Assembly (NCBI GenBank): GCA_031256725.1 | Contig: JAIRQE010000013.1 | Span: 1 to 32,000 of the forward strand | Length of the DNA: 32,000 bases | Source: Propionibacteriaceae bacterium | GTDB lineage: Bacteria; Actinomycetota; Actinomycetes; Propionibacteriales; Propionibacteriaceae | Direction of reading: 5' to 3' | Shown: one piece after another, positions 1-11,532 of the stretch | Numbering within the stretch: position 1 is the stretch's first letter | How the letters are laid out: each line of letters opens with the position of its first letter | Made by a program: the position numbers and the translations under genes | The notes under the pieces: model-generated | What the model saw: the letters and a program-made list of their open reading frames with translations, nothing else | The model's database searches: none | Told to the model about the DNA's origin: nothing

Positions 1-641
1 TGCACATGCCTCTGCAATCGGGTTCCGATGCCATATTGAAGAAAATGCGCCGTGCATATCGTCGGGATCGATTCATGTCGATCCTGGATTCCGTACGTCA
101 AAGAATCCCAGAAGCGGCCATCACCACAGATGTGATCGTTGGATTCCCAACCGAAACTGACAAGGATTTTGAGGATACTTTGGATCTGGTTCGCCAGGCC
201 AGATTCTCTGCGGCTTTCACTTTCTTGTACTCTATTCGCCCTGGTACCCCTGCGGCTGAGATGGAAGGCCAGATTCCACGAGAGGTGGTTCAGGCCAGGT
301 ACGAACGCCTCGTCGAACTCATTGATGAGATCGCTTGGGAAGAAAACAAGTCTCTCGTCGGACAGAAAGTGGAGGTGATGTTCGCCACAGGTGAGGGTCG
401 CAAGGATGAAGCCACCAAGCGGATCTCAGGTCGAGCCAGGGATAATCGATTGGTCCATGTGGCGGTTCCTGGAGGCGAGGAGCAGCCTCGTCCTGGTGAT
501 ATTGGTACCGTGGAAATCACCTATGCTGCTCCCCATCATCTCATTGCGGATTCACCTATCGAAGGATTGGTTCGTACATCTGGTGGCAATGCCTGGCACT
601 CCCAGCAGACCCATCTAGGAATCCCCATTCGTCGGCAGTAG
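1..641 (+). CDS. miaB: MiaB-type tRNA methylthiotransferase, C-terminal fragment (5' end lies left of the window)
   Basis: The ORF is open to the left window edge (in frame from nt 3). It reads ..[17 protein letters not shown] and [14 protein letters not shown], and has a TRAM-like C-terminus ([20 protein letters not shown]). Stop TAG 639-641. Confidence 0.85.
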   Translation, partial: HMPLQSGSDAILKKMRRAYRRDRFMSILDSVRQRIPEAAITTDVIVGFPTETDKDFEDTLDLVRQARFSAAFTFLYSIRPGTPAAEMEGQIPREVVQARYERLVELIDEIAWEENKSLVGQKVEVMFATGEGRKDEATKRISGRARDNRLVHVAVPGGEEQPRPGDIGTVEITYAAPHHLIADSPIEGLVRTSGGNAWHSQQTHLGIPIRRQ

Positions 642-690
642 TTGCAGGAGGATTCATGGGTAGGATCTCAAGAATGATAGGGGGCAATCG

Positions 691-3600
691 ATGACTCCTA
701 TCGATTCTCTTGAGCTTTTCAGCCCAGCTACCCGCGAATGGTTTAGGGAAGAATTTGGTTCCCCAACTCAGGTCCAAGCTGAGGCGTGGGAACAGATAGA
801 GAAGGGCAACCACGCCTTAGTCATTGCGCCCACTGGATCAGGTAAAACTCTTGCCGCTTTCTTATTCAGTATCAACGCCCTCATGAAAGATCATGACTTA
901 CATGAGGGTGTGCGGATCCTGTACATCTCCCCAATGAAGGCTCTTGGTGTCGATGTCGAGAAGAATCTGCAAGTGCCCCTGTCGGGGATTGCTCAAAAAG
1001 CCAGGGACTTGGGTGAGGTGAGTGCCGAGGTACGTATTGGGGTGCGTAGCGGGGATACTTCTGCGAATGATCGTCGAGCCTTGGTTACCCATCCCCCTGA
1101 AATCCTTATCACGACCCCAGAATCACTGTTTCTCATGTTGTCTTCGGCCGCTTCACGGATACTGACAAAGGTTGAGACAGTCATCATTGATGAGGTCCAT
1201 TACCTGGCGGGAAATAAGCGTGGAGCCCATTTGGGGGTTAGCCTGGAGAGACTTGAAGCCTTGAACCAACGTGGAGGCTTCCAACGAGTTGGTCTTTCAG
1301 CAACAGTACGTCCACCCGAATTAGTAGCAGACTACCTTGGTGGTCGTGGGCGACAGGTCACGATCATCACGCCTCCAGCAACCAAGACCTGGCAACTTGA
1401 CGTGCGCATTCCTGTTGAGGACCTTTCACAATTGAGTGTTCCTGTTAAGGCAAGCCGATTGCCCAGTGGCGTTACGAGAAAGCCCAGTGCGGTCAAGGAT
1501 TCCAGCCCGCCAGGCGGGCGTGATATGCGAACCTCCACCCCCTCAATTTGGCCTCATGTTGAGCGTCAGATCTTTGATCTCATCATGACTCATCGTTCAA
1601 CAATCTGCTTCTGTAATTCCAGGGCAGTCGCGGAACGGTTGACCAACCATCTCAATGCTCTCTACCATGAAGAGACTGAGAATCCCGAGGGAATGATCGC
1701 TCGTACCCACCATGGTTCCATCTCCAAGAGTCTACGTGTTGAGATTGAAAACGACCTCAAAGCTGGGCTCCTACCTTGCGTGGTGGCAACCAACTCCCTT
1801 GAACTGGGAATCGACATGGGTGCAGTTGATCTCGTCATCCAAGTGGGAGCACCCCCCAGCGTGGCGAGTGGTTTGCAGAGGATAGGACGAGGTGGCCACC
1901 AGGTTGATGCCGTCTCTCACGGTGTACTCTTTCCTCTTTCACGTAGTGATCTTCTAGCTACGGCAGTGGTTGTTGACCAGATGGCTGCCGGTGAAATTGA
2001 GGCGATCCATCGGATTGTGAATCCGCTAGACATCCTTGCTCAACATCTGGTTTCTATGTGTCTGGAGGGACCTCAGAAACCTGAGGAGCTTTTGGAGCAG
2101 GTTCGAAGAGCTGACTGTTTCGCTGATCTGCCATCTCAGGCATTCTTCGATGTTGTCGACATGCTGACTGGGAAGTACCCCAGTGATGACTTCATCGAAT
2201 TACGTCCACGACTTACCTGGGATCGTCTCGCTGGTATCCTCACTGCCCGACCAGGCGCACGACGCTTGGTGACCACATCTGGGGGTACGATCCCAGATCG
2301 GGGACTCTTCTCGGTCTTCATTGAAGGCAGTGATACCGAGGGGTCTGGGAAGAGGGTAGTCAGTCGCAGAGTTGGTGAACTTGATGAAGAAATGGTCTAT
2401 GAATCTCGCGTGGGGGATATCTTTACCCTGGGTGCCTCAGCATGGAGGATCCAGGAAATAAATCCCAACAATGTGATCGTCACCCCTGTTCCTGGTCAAG
2501 CAGGACGGATGCCCTTCTGGATCGCAGACGACAGATCTCGTTCAGCTGAAGTAGGTCGTGCGATTCAAAAATTCGTCGCAGAACTGGGAGCCAGTGAGGG
2601 AATCGAGCCTCATTCATTTTCCACACAATCCCAGGATCATTCAACTTCAGCGACCCTTGATGAATGGGCGCAGGCAAATCTTCGTACCTATATCCGTGAC
2701 CAGAAGAACATGACTTCTGTTCTGCCTGATAACGCCACTATCCTGGTTGAGCGTCACCGCGATGAGATGGGTGCATGGAGGATCTGCATCCATAGCCAGT
2801 TAGGCAAAACAGTTCTTCAGCCATGGGCCATGATCATCCAACAAAGGATACGTACTGCCCTGGGTCACGAGAGAGCCCAGAATCTGAGAGTCTTTGTGAC
2901 CGATGACGGGTTGACCCTTCGGCTTGGGGAGGTTGAGGATCCCCATGTTGCCCACCTACTGTTCGTAGACCCAAATGATATTGACGAGATCATCGCTGAG
3001 GAGACCCAACGATCTTCACTGTTTGCTGCTCATTTCCGTCAATGTGCTGCACGGGCACTCCTGCTGCCCAAACGCGATCCAGGAAAGAGGGCACCGCTAT
3101 GGCAGCAAAGACTGAGAGCATCCCATCTTCTTGGTGTGGCTGCGAGTTACCCCAACTTCCCCATCATCGTGGAGGCATTACGTGAGTGTATGGATGATGT
3201 CTATGACCTTGATTCCCTCACAACATTGATGAGTGATGTCGCAGCTCGCAGAATCAAGGTTGTGGAGGTGGAAACACCCAAGCCATCCCCCTTCGCATCC
3301 TCGCTTCTCTTCGGTTATGTTGGTGACTTCATGTACGACATGGACCAGCCTCTAGCCGAGCGCATCACCGCCGCTAGTTTGGTAGATCCAGCCTTGTTAG
3401 CGAGTCTTCTCGGACATGGCCAGTCCACCTGGCTTGATGAGGAGGTACTAGCTCAGGTTGAGGCCAGTTTACAAAGACTCACTCACCCCGCTACGACTAT
3501 GGAGGCCCTCTGGGATCTGGTACGCGAGCTTGGGCCACTGACACTAGAAGAGATTGCCCTACGATCAAGTGAGGACTCTGTCACCTGGATGAAGGAGCTT

Positions 3601-5142
3601 CTTGATTCTGGCAGATTCACTCAGATGAAGCTTGGAGCCCATGAGTTCGTCATGGTGAGTGAGGATCTCCCCATCCTCGAAGGCCTTCCGAGTGAGGATT
3701 GCGTTACTCGTCTGGTACGCAGGTGGGTTCGCAGTCACTCAGTCGCTACCCCCGCCGTGATTGCAAAGAGATTCGGTCTGAGTATCGAGCAAGTCAGTTC
3801 CATTTTGGATACTTTGGTGACCGATGGGATGGTTCTTACAGGAAAGTACACACCCACAGATTCCCCTCAGTACACTACCCAGGAGGTACTAGATCGAGTT
3901 CAGCGAAGGGTCCTGGCTGGACTCAGAGCGAGTATCAAACCGGTTACCCCGAATAGGTTTGCCTCCTTTCTGACTCGGTGGCAGGAGATGGATTCACCCA
4001 GCCAGGGGATAGATGGACTCCTATCAGCAGTGGAACAATTGGCTGGATATCCCATCCCTGCTTCAATGCTTGAATCGGTTGTACTCCCAGGTCGAGTCAG
4101 TGATTATGAACCATCCATGTTGGATGAGGTGATGGCCTCCTCGGAGGTGACATGGTCTGGGCATGGAAGGATCGGTGACACGGATGGGTGGATCTGTTTA
4201 TGGCCTGGAGATATGGAACCGGTGATTCCTGGTCTTGACGAGGATCTTTCCAAGAATGCTCAGGATCTGCTCACTCGTCTCATAGGTGGGGGTGCATGGA
4301 CCATTGATTCTCTTGCAAGTCCTAACATGGCTCCCGCTGAGGTCATCTCTGCGATCTGGGATCTCGTCTGGGCAGGCCTGGTCACCAGTGACACCCTTGT
4401 TCCTGTACGAACCCTCACGAAAACTGGAGGGGTTCTGCGTAGACCCCATGTACCGAGAACACGACGAGTGCGTCCGCGTCCTGTTCTCACCTCTGCTGCC
4501 TATCCAGGGCGATGGATGGCGATCACACGCGAAGAGATATCCGAGACTGCTCGTCTCGTACAGGCAGCAGGAATCGAATTAGGTAGATATGGAATTCTGA
4601 CAAAGGGAAGCATTCTCACTGAGGCGATGACATCACGGTACTTCGATGTGTACAAGGTCCTTGCGGCGATGGAGGGCCAGGGAACAGCCAGGAGAGGCTA
4701 TTTCATCGAAGGATTGGGGCCTGCTCAGTTTGCCCTACCAGGGGCAGTGGATCGACTCAGGGAAGATAAGACCTCACCGATGGTCCTGGTAGCTGCTTGT
4801 GACCCGGTCAATCCTTGGGGTGCAAGCTTGGCATGGCCACAGTCACAGGGGCATCGACCCACTCGGAAGGCTGGGGCTATTGTTGTCTTGAACGATGGGT
4901 TGCCCGTTATCTATGTTGAGAGGGGTGCCCATACTCTCGTCAGTTTCAATGAGGATATGGATGTGGCTGGGGCGGCTTTAACCCTACTGGGTGAGTGGAT
5001 CGATAAACGCCGACTAGAGGAGGTCACGCTCACGCGAATCAATGGGAACCCAGCCTTTGAAACACGTCAGTGGATACCCTCATTGGAGAAAGCAGGGTTC
5101 GTGATGACCCCATCAGGGTGGAGGCGCAGACAAGGGGTTTAG
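691..5142 (+). CDS. lhr: Lhr-family large ATP-dependent DEAH-box helicase (1483 aa)
   Basis: SF2 helicase motifs APTGSGKT (I), DEVH (II), SAT (III) and QRIGRGGH (VI) lie in the first ~450 aa. A ~1000-aa extension follows, giving the size and architecture typical of Lhr. Confidence 0.9.
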   Translation: MTPIDSLELFSPATREWFREEFGSPTQVQAEAWEQIEKGNHALVIAPTGSGKTLAAFLFSINALMKDHDLHEGVRILYISPMKALGVDVEKNLQVPLSGIAQKARDLGEVSAEVRIGVRSGDTSANDRRALVTHPPEILITTPESLFLMLSSAASRILTKVETVIIDEVHYLAGNKRGAHLGVSLERLEALNQRGGFQRVGLSATVRPPELVADYLGGRGRQVTIITPPATKTWQLDVRIPVEDLSQLSVPVKASRLPSGVTRKPSAVKDSSPPGGRDMRTSTPSIWPHVERQIFDLIMTHRSTICFCNSRAVAERLTNHLNALYHEETENPEGMIARTHHGSISKSLRVEIENDLKAGLLPCVVATNSLELGIDMGAVDLVIQVGAPPSVASGLQRIGRGGHQVDAVSHGVLFPLSRSDLLATAVVVDQMAAGEIEAIHRIVNPLDILAQHLVSMCLEGPQKPEELLEQVRRADCFADLPSQAFFDVVDMLTGKYPSDDFIELRPRLTWDRLAGILTARPGARRLVTTSGGTIPDRGLFSVFIEGSDTEGSGKRVVSRRVGELDEEMVYESRVGDIFTLGASAWRIQEINPNNVIVTPVPGQAGRMPFWIADDRSRSAEVGRAIQKFVAELGASEGIEPHSFSTQSQDHSTSATLDEWAQANLRTYIRDQKNMTSVLPDNATILVERHRDEMGAWRICIHSQLGKTVLQPWAMIIQQRIRTALGHERAQNLRVFVTDDGLTLRLGEVEDPHVAHLLFVDPNDIDEIIAEETQRSSLFAAHFRQCAARALLLPKRDPGKRAPLWQQRLRASHLLGVAASYPNFPIIVEALRECMDDVYDLDSLTTLMSDVAARRIKVVEVETPKPSPFASSLLFGYVGDFMYDMDQPLAERITAASLVDPALLASLLGHGQSTWLDEEVLAQVEASLQRLTHPATTMEALWDLVRELGPLTLEEIALRSSEDSVTWMKELLDSGRFTQMKLGAHEFVMVSEDLPILEGLPSEDCVTRLVRRWVRSHSVATPAVIAKRFGLSIEQVSSILDTLVTDGMVLTGKYTPTDSPQYTTQEVLDRVQRRVLAGLRASIKPVTPNRFASFLTRWQEMDSPSQGIDGLLSAVEQLAGYPIPASMLESVVLPGRVSDYEPSMLDEVMASSEVTWSGHGRIGDTDGWICLWPGDMEPVIPGLDEDLSKNAQDLLTRLIGGGAWTIDSLASPNMAPAEVISAIWDLVWAGLVTSDTLVPVRTLTKTGGVLRRPHVPRTRRVRPRPVLTSAAYPGRWMAITREEISETARLVQAAGIELGRYGILTKGSILTEAMTSRYFDVYKVLAAMEGQGTARRGYFIEGLGPAQFALPGAVDRLREDKTSPMVLVAACDPVNPWGASLAWPQSQGHRPTRKAGAIVVLNDGLPVIYVERGAHTLVSFNEDMDVAGAALTLLGEWIDKRRLEEVTLTRINGNPAFETRQWIPSLEKAGFVMTPSGWRRRQGV

Positions 5143-5789
5143 TCTTCATTTCGAGTAGTGGAACATACCAAGAGGCCATCACCGATAGCAATCAAAGATG
5201 TGGTGAGGTTATCCATCCCTCGGGCGGCTTCCACAGTATCGCGAATAATGATCGTATCGTCATCAAGGTTGGTGTCATCTACGACCTTGCCACCGAGGAA
5301 TACGTGGTTAAGAACTAAGAGCCCACCTGGTCGCAGTATCCTCAATCCCTCTTCAAGGTACTCAGGGTATTCAAGGTATTCAGCATCAACGAAGACCATG
5401 TCATAGGCCCCAGGGGTGAGTTTTGGAAGAACAGTGAGTGCATCCCCTGTGATAAGGCGAAAACGGGTGTGAGCAATATCGGCAGCCTTCAGAATCTCAC
5501 GTGCAGCACCATGGTGTTCTGCCTCGCAATCCACACTGGTGAGAAGACCTTCGGGTTTCATTCCTGCAAAGAAGGCAAGGGTGGATACTCCGGTACCTGT
5601 ACCCACCTCCACTATGGCTGTGGCGTCAATGATATGGGCCAAGAAAGTCAGGAACTGTGCTGTCGCAGGGGTGACTGGCTCAAGGCCAAGATCCTTTGCT
5701 GCTCGCCGTGCCTGAATAATATGAGGGCTCTCAATAATGGAGGCCTCCATAAACTGGGTGGAAAGGTCATTTTCTAATTCAGAACTCAC
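5139..5789 (-). CDS. class I SAM-dependent O-methyltransferase (caffeoyl-CoA OMT-like)
   Basis: 216-aa ORF with GTG start at 5789. It has SAM motif I VEVGTGTGVSTL, then LTSVDCE, MVFVDAE and PGGLLVLNHV. Its TAA (5139-5141) overlaps the lhr TAG (5140-5142). Confidence 0.8.
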   Translation of the reverse strand: MSSELENDLSTQFMEASIIESPHIIQARRAAKDLGLEPVTPATAQFLTFLAHIIDATAIVEVGTGTGVSTLAFFAGMKPEGLLTSVDCEAEHHGAAREILKAADIAHTRFRLITGDALTVLPKLTPGAYDMVFVDAEYLEYPEYLEEGLRILRPGGLLVLNHVFLGGKVVDDTNLDDDTIIIRDTVEAARGMDNLTTSLIAIGDGLLVCSTTRNED

Positions 5790-5932
5790 ATCTCAACCAT
5801 AGTCCACCTATGTCCGCTTCTTGGAGACATACCCCCTGACTAGTCGACTTCGATCTTTGTATGATGCGCTGATTCTTGGTGGGGTACAGATAGAATCAAG
5901 GGGTTGACCCAAAAACGTTATGGAGATTCACT

Positions 5933-6223
5933 GTGACTTTAACCAATGCTGATGTAGCCAGACTTGCGGATCTGGCGCGTCTCGACCTGACTCCAGAGGA
6001 GCTCAGCGTCATGGCAGGGCAACTCGATGTCATCTTGGATGCTGTAGCCAGTGTCTCTGAGGTGGCTGGCGATGATGTACCACCGAGTTCCCATGCACTG
6101 GATCTGACAAATGTCTTCCGTGTTGATGAGGTCCACCAGTCATTGTCACCCGAGGCAGCCCTAAAGATGGCACCAGCCGTCGAGGATGGTCGTTTCCGTG
6201 TACCAAGAATTCTGGGGGAGTGA
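5933..6223 (+). CDS. gatC: Asp/Glu-tRNA amidotransferase subunit C
   Basis: 96 aa with GTG start at 5933. [24 protein letters not shown] is a canonical GatC N-terminus. gatA begins 1 nt after its TGA. Confidence 0.9.
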   Translation: MTLTNADVARLADLARLDLTPEELSVMAGQLDVILDAVASVSEVAGDDVPPSSHALDLTNVFRVDEVHQSLSPEAALKMAPAVEDGRFRVPRILGE

Positions 6224-6224
6224 G

Positions 6225-7721
6225 ATGACGTCATTGATTCATGCGACAGCGGCCGAATTAGCGGATCTTCTTTCCACAGGGGTGGTTTCTTCTGAGGAAG
6301 TGACCCGTGCCCATCTTGATCAAATCGCTGATGTTGATGGTGAGGTACATGCCTATCTCTATGTGGATTCTGACAGGGCGCTTGATACCGCGAGACAGGT
6401 TGATCGCAAGCGTCAACAGGGGGAGCAGCTGGGTCGCCTTGCTGGAGTACCCGTGGGTCTCAAAGATGCGTTCACCTATATGGGTGCGCCTACTACCTGT
6501 GGTTCAAAGATTCTTGAGGGGTGGTACCCCCCCTATAACGCTACTGTTACACAGAAGCTCATTGATGCTGACATGATCATCCTGGGAAAGACCAACATGG
6601 ATGAGTTCGCGATGGGATCATCCACGGAAAACTCTGCTTATGGCCCGACGTGTAATCCCTGGGATCTTCATAGAATTCCTGGAGGATCTGGTGGTGGATC
6701 TGCTGCAGCCTTGGCCTCCTTCCAGGCACCGCTGACCATTGGATCAGACACAGGTGGCTCTATACGCCAACCTGCTGCTGTCACGGGTACAGTCGGGGTC
6801 AAGCCAACCTATGGTGCTGCATCGCGATATGGACTGGTTGCTATGGCCTCATCCTTGGATCAGCCAGGGCCATGCGCACGAAATGTCATGGATGCTGCAC
6901 TTCTTCATGAGGTGATCTGTGGTCATGATCCCAAGGATTCCACTTCAATCAACGCTGAGGTACCCAATGTCGTCGCCGCAGCGGCCACCAAAGATGTGAG
7001 GGGTCTCAAGATCGGGATCGTCAAAGAATTGGGTGGCGAAGGCTATGAGCCTGAGGTGTTGGCGCGCTTTAGGGAAGCCATTGATCTTTTGGCGAATGCA
7101 GGTGCTGAGATCCATGAGGTTTCCTGCCCCCATTTCCCAGCGGCACTCGGCGCCTATTATCTGATCATGCCTTCGGAGGTTTCCTCAAATCTTGCTCGTT
7201 TCGATGCGATGAGGTACGGCCTACGAGTCGGTGATGATGGCTCCACGTCCACAGAACAGGTCATGCGTACCACCCGTGGTGCTGGTTTCGGAGCTGAGGT
7301 AAAAAGGAGAATCATTCTTGGTACCTATGCTCTCTCCAGTGGGTACTATGACGCCTATTATGGATCAGCCCAGAAGGTACGTACCCTCATCATTCGTGAC
7401 TTTACCCAAGCCTTCGAGACTGTCGATGTTCTGATGTCTCCCACCTCACCAACGACAGCGTTCACAATCGGTGAGAGAGCCAATGACCCTATTGCGATGT
7501 ACAAGGCTGACCTGTGTACGATTCCCACCAATCTTGCAGGAAATGCCGCCATGTCAATACCAGCAGGTCTGGGGGACAACTCAATGCCTGTAGGGGTACA
7601 AATCATGGCACCACCTCAAGGTGATGACCGCCTCTATAGAGTCGGTGGAGCATTGGAGGCCCTCCTCCAAGATAAGTGGGGTGGTCCTTTACTGGGCACA
7701 CTGGCAAAGGAGGCCCGATGA
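6225..7721 (+). CDS. gatA: Asp/Glu-tRNA amidotransferase subunit A
   Basis: ATG 6225 lies one nt after the gatC TGA; the track ORF start at 6186 is inside gatC. Amidase signature [10 protein letters not shown] and [12 protein letters not shown] are present. Confidence 0.9.
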   Translation: MTSLIHATAAELADLLSTGVVSSEEVTRAHLDQIADVDGEVHAYLYVDSDRALDTARQVDRKRQQGEQLGRLAGVPVGLKDAFTYMGAPTTCGSKILEGWYPPYNATVTQKLIDADMIILGKTNMDEFAMGSSTENSAYGPTCNPWDLHRIPGGSGGGSAAALASFQAPLTIGSDTGGSIRQPAAVTGTVGVKPTYGAASRYGLVAMASSLDQPGPCARNVMDAALLHEVICGHDPKDSTSINAEVPNVVAAAATKDVRGLKIGIVKELGGEGYEPEVLARFREAIDLLANAGAEIHEVSCPHFPAALGAYYLIMPSEVSSNLARFDAMRYGLRVGDDGSTSTEQVMRTTRGAGFGAEVKRRIILGTYALSSGYYDAYYGSAQKVRTLIIRDFTQAFETVDVLMSPTSPTTAFTIGERANDPIAMYKADLCTIPTNLAGNAAMSIPAGLGDNSMPVGVQIMAPPQGDDRLYRVGGALEALLQDKWGGPLLGTLAKEAR

Positions 7722-9217
7722 GTTACGAAGAGCTCATGGATTATGACGAGGTCATGGAATCCTATGATCCCGCTCTGGGACTTGAGGTCCATGTTGAGTT
7801 GAATACTCACTCTAAGATGTTCTGCTCCTGTTCAACTCAGTTCGGGGCTGAACCCAACACCCAAACCTGTCCCACCTGTTTGGGTCTTCCTGGTTCTCTG
7901 CCTGTGGTTAATGCCAAGGCCATAGAGTCAGCCATTCGAATTGGCCTAGCGCTCAACTGCTCGATTTCGACATGGTGTCGCTTCGCTCGCAAGAACTATT
8001 TCTATCCCGACATGACGAAGAATTTTCAGACCTCTCAGTACGATGAGCCCATCTGTTTCGATGGCCAGGTCGAGGTTGAGGTCGACGGTCAGCCATTCAT
8101 CATCCCCATTGAGCGCGCTCACATGGAAGAGGATGCAGGAAAATCCCAGCACATGGGTGGTACAACAGGAAGAATCCAGGGTGCGGATTACTCCCTTATG
8201 GACTACAACCGTGCTGGTGTCCCTCTGATCGAAATTGTGACTAAACCCATCATGGCAACCGGACCACAGGCTCCTGCAGTCGCGAGAGCCTATGTGGGGT
8301 TCCTTAGGGACATGATTCGTGCCCTCGGTGTCTCCGATGTACGTATGGAGCAGGGTTCTCTTCGATGTGACGCCAATGTTTCACTTATGCCCAAAGGATC
8401 GACCACTTTGGGTACGAGAACAGAAACCAAGAATGTGAACTCTTTGAGGTCCATTGAGAAAGCTTTGAGGTTTGAGATCTGTCGGCAAGGAGCGATTTTG
8501 TCTTCAGGAGGCCAAGTTGTTCAAGAGACACGGCATTGGCATGAAGATGGGGCCTATACCTCTGCGGGACGGTCCAAGGAAGAGGCTGAGGATTACCGAT
8601 ATTTCCCAGAGCCTGATCTTGTACCCATTGCTCCCTCACGTGAGTGGGTTGAGGAGCTTCGGGCAACAATCCCTGAACCCCCAGCGGTACATATCGCAGG
8701 TCTCAATAAAACCTGGGGTTTTTCAGATTTGGAGATGCGGGATGTGGTGAACGCTGAGGCAGTGGATCTGATTCACGCAACAGTTGAGGCCGGAGCAAGC
8801 CCGCAGGCTGCAAGAAAATGGTGGATGACGGAATTGTTGCGTCGTGCCAATGCTGAGTCCATCTCACTTGAGGATCTTCCGATTAGTGGGGAACACGTGG
8901 CCGAGGTTCAAAGGCTCATTGATTCTGGACTTATCTCTGACAAGATCGCTCGCCAGGTGATTGAAGCAGTCTTGGCAGGGGAAGGGTCTCCCACGCAGAT
9001 TGTTGAAGACAGGGGACTCACCCTAGTCTCCGACTCGGTCACCCTCCAAAAAGCGGTTGATGATGTGATTGAAGCGAACCCTGATATTGCCCAGAAGATT
9101 CGTGAAGGAAAAGATCAGGCTACAGGGGCCCTCATTGGACAGGTGATGAAGCAGATGTCTGGACAGGCTGATGCAGCCAAGGTGAGAGAAATGATCATCG
9201 CAAGTTTGGCCTCGTGA
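7718..9217 (+). CDS. gatB: Asp/Glu-tRNA amidotransferase subunit B
   Basis: ATG 7718 overlaps the gatA TGA (ATGA); the track ORF starts earlier at 7676. Motifs [14 protein letters not shown] and LRCDANVSL are present, with a C-terminal GatB/YqeY-like tail. Confidence 0.9.
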   Translation: MSYEELMDYDEVMESYDPALGLEVHVELNTHSKMFCSCSTQFGAEPNTQTCPTCLGLPGSLPVVNAKAIESAIRIGLALNCSISTWCRFARKNYFYPDMTKNFQTSQYDEPICFDGQVEVEVDGQPFIIPIERAHMEEDAGKSQHMGGTTGRIQGADYSLMDYNRAGVPLIEIVTKPIMATGPQAPAVARAYVGFLRDMIRALGVSDVRMEQGSLRCDANVSLMPKGSTTLGTRTETKNVNSLRSIEKALRFEICRQGAILSSGGQVVQETRHWHEDGAYTSAGRSKEEAEDYRYFPEPDLVPIAPSREWVEELRATIPEPPAVHIAGLNKTWGFSDLEMRDVVNAEAVDLIHATVEAGASPQAARKWWMTELLRRANAESISLEDLPISGEHVAEVQRLIDSGLISDKIARQVIEAVLAGEGSPTQIVEDRGLTLVSDSVTLQKAVDDVIEANPDIAQKIREGKDQATGALIGQVMKQMSGQADAAKVREMIIASLAS

Positions 9218-9287
9218 TATCCATAGATCTTATTCCGAAATGACTGTTGAGGGGTGTACCGTGGTTTCGGGTAACAAGGAGGATGTT

Positions 9288-9974
9288 GTGACTGATTCTG
9301 GTGAAGGAAAGGTACTCGTCATTGATGATGATGCGTCCCTGGCGGAAATGCTTCAGATCGTCTTACGTCAAGAGGGCTTCGAGACTGCCTGGTGTGCTCG
9401 CGGTGATCAAGCTATGGATGCATTCCATGCTGAGAAACCCGATTTGGTCCTGCTGGATCTTATGCTCCCAGGTCGTGGTGGGGTAGACATCTGCCGCGAT
9501 ATTCGAGCTGAGTCGGGGGTACCCATCGTCATGCTTACCGCAAAGTCCGACACAAATGATGTGGTCAAGGGACTTGAAGCTGGTGCAGACGACTATGTAG
9601 CCAAGCCTTTTGCTCCAAGAGAGCTTGTAGCAAGGGTTCGAACACGGCTGCGCCGGATTACGGTCTCCGAGATTGAAACTCTCAAGATTGGTGACCTCAC
9701 GATTGCAGTGGAATCCCATCAGGTACATAAGGGTGACGAGATTGTGAATGTCACCCCCCTAGAGTTCGATCTTCTCTTGGCACTTGCTCGCCAACCCAAG
9801 CATGTGTTCACTCGCGAGCAACTCCTCAGACAGGTGTGGGGTTATCAAAACCCTGCCGATACTCGGTTGGTGAATGTACATATCCAGCGTCTCAGGGCCA
9901 AGATTGAACGTGATCCCGACAATCCAGAGATCGTTGTCACGGTTCGTGGAGTTGGGTACAGAGCCAGTGGGTGA
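9288..9974 (+). CDS. mtrA: OmpR-family response regulator MtrA
   Basis: Receiver domain (VLVIDDD, LVLLDLMLPG, MLTAKSD) plus winged helix (LTPLEFDLL, RLVNVHIQRLRAKIE, TVRGVGYRA). It is closely colinear with mycobacterial MtrA as I recall it. Preferred start is GTG 9288, 5 nt after AAGGAGG (9276-9282); the track ORF starts at ATG 9240. Confidence 0.9.
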   Translation: MTDSGEGKVLVIDDDASLAEMLQIVLRQEGFETAWCARGDQAMDAFHAEKPDLVLLDLMLPGRGGVDICRDIRAESGVPIVMLTAKSDTNDVVKGLEAGADDYVAKPFAPRELVARVRTRLRRITVSEIETLKIGDLTIAVESHQVHKGDEIVNVTPLEFDLLLALARQPKHVFTREQLLRQVWGYQNPADTRLVNVHIQRLRAKIERDPDNPEIVVTVRGVGYRASG

Positions 9975-11532
9975 AATCGACACAGTGAGGATCCGTCACT
10001 GGCTGGCAACCCCAGCACGTGTATGGAGATCCTCGCTGGCACTCAGGGTTGTCTTCTCAGCATTGATGGGTTCCATCTTTGTGATGATGGTGGCAGGATT
10101 CTTTCTGCTCTACAGTGTCACAGGGGGGATTGTTGACAATTCACGTGAGTCTGCAAGTGTGGATGCCAATGAGGCGATGAATGAGATTGAACAGCAGATG
10201 CGTAACGCTGGCTACGACTACGCGAACTCCGATGCCCTGAACTCCATCGTCACAGCTGCCATTCAACGCGGCAACTCATCAGGAAGGTATCAAGTATTCT
10301 TCGTGACTGCCGTTGGTACCTTCTATGCCCCAAGCTTGGATTATTCAGTGATCCCCACAGCAATTCGTGAAGCCACACGTATTTATCCAAGCCTGGAACA
10401 CTCTGTCCCTACACAATTGCGTTTTCGTGACGGATCAATTGGTCCAGGGCGAGTGATCGCTTTTGGGGGTGGTACAGATCGTGATCGCTATGAGGTGTAC
10501 TTCGTTTTCTCCTTTGAGCAGGAAGCTCGTACCCTAGCGATGGTTCGTACAGCTGTGGGACTGACGAGCCTGGGTGTTCTTATCGGTATTGGTCTGGTTG
10601 CTTATGCTGTAGCCCGACAGACCCTCGGTCCCTTGAGGATGGCTAGACGTGCTGCAGAGAGGCTCGCCAGTGGTGAACTGACTCAGTTGATGTCCATCAG
10701 AGGTACAGATGACCTTGCCCAACTCGCTATGTCTATGAACCACATGGCTACCCAATTGCAGCAAAGAATCCGACAATGGGAGCAATTGTCGAGGCTTCAA
10801 CAAAGATTCGTCTCCGATGTCTCCCATGAGCTTCGGACCCCCTTAACCACGGTGAGAATGGCTGTCGATGTCATCTATGACAAGCGTGATACCTTGCCTG
10901 AGGTTCAACGTAAATCCATTGAGTTGCTTAACAAGGAACTCAACCGATTTGAGGCGTTACTTGGTCAGCTTCTTGAAATCTCACGCTTCGATGCTGGGGC
11001 TGCCGTATTGGATGTCGAGGAACATAACATTGTTGACACGGTTCGTTCAGAGATGGAAGCCCTAGAGGATCTGGCAACCTCGGCTGGATGTACGCTGACC
11101 TTACATAGTGACCAGGAATGTACAGCTATGGTCGATCCTCGACGGATTTCCAGGTTGGTTCGTAACCTGTTGTCCAATGCCATAGAACATGGTGAAGGCA
11201 AACCTATCGATATCTACCTGGCGTACGATGAGGATGTTGTCGCCCTTGCTGTGCGTGACCACGGTGTGGGTTTCACCTTGGAAGAAGGCAAACAACTCTT
11301 CAACCGATTCTGGCGAGCAGATCCGGCTCGAGCGAGGGCCATTGGAGGTACAGGCCTAGGCCTGTCAATCTCTCAAGAGGATGTTCGTCTCCATAAGGGA
11401 TGGATCCATGCATGGGGCCGTCCGGGGTTGGGGGCCCAGTTCAGAGTGGTCCTACCCAGACGTGAAAATGTCATCGTTGCCCATTCTCCTATCGGTTTGA
11501 TTCCTATCGATTCGCCGGAGGGTGCGTCATGA
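9967..11532 (+). CDS. mtrB: sensor histidine kinase MtrB
   Basis: TM helices and a HAMP-like segment are followed by H-box SHELRTPLT, N-box NLLSNAIEH and G-boxes DHGVGF / GGTGLGLSI. The start is uncertain: GTG 9967 (overlapping the mtrA stop at 9972-9974) or GTG 9985. The track start 9874 lies inside mtrA. Confidence 0.85.
   Translation: MGEIDTVRIRHWLATPARVWRSSLALRVVFSALMGSIFVMMVAGFFLLYSVTGGIVDNSRESASVDANEAMNEIEQQMRNAGYDYANSDALNSIVTAAIQRGNSSGRYQVFFVTAVGTFYAPSLDYSVIPTAIREATRIYPSLEHSVPTQLRFRDGSIGPGRVIAFGGGTDRDRYEVYFVFSFEQEARTLAMVRTAVGLTSLGVLIGIGLVAYAVARQTLGPLRMARRAAERLASGELTQLMSIRGTDDLAQLAMSMNHMATQLQQRIRQWEQLSRLQQRFVSDVSHELRTPLTTVRMAVDVIYDKRDTLPEVQRKSIELLNKELNRFEALLGQLLEISRFDAGAAVLDVEEHNIVDTVRSEMEALEDLATSAGCTLTLHSDQECTAMVDPRRISRLVRNLLSNAIEHGEGKPIDIYLAYDEDVVALAVRDHGVGFTLEEGKQLFNRFWRADPARARAIGGTGLGLSISQEDVRLHKGWIHAWGRPGLGAQFRVVLPRRENVIVAHSPIGLIPIDSPEGAS

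Noticed and set aside
5809-5847. Short palindromes in the OMT/gatC divergent spacer (TATGTC-N11-GACATA; GACTAGTCGAC)
   Set aside because: The arms are 6-8 bp, which is within chance expectation for a 143-bp spacer. No repeated occurrence elsewhere in the window supports a binding-site motif.
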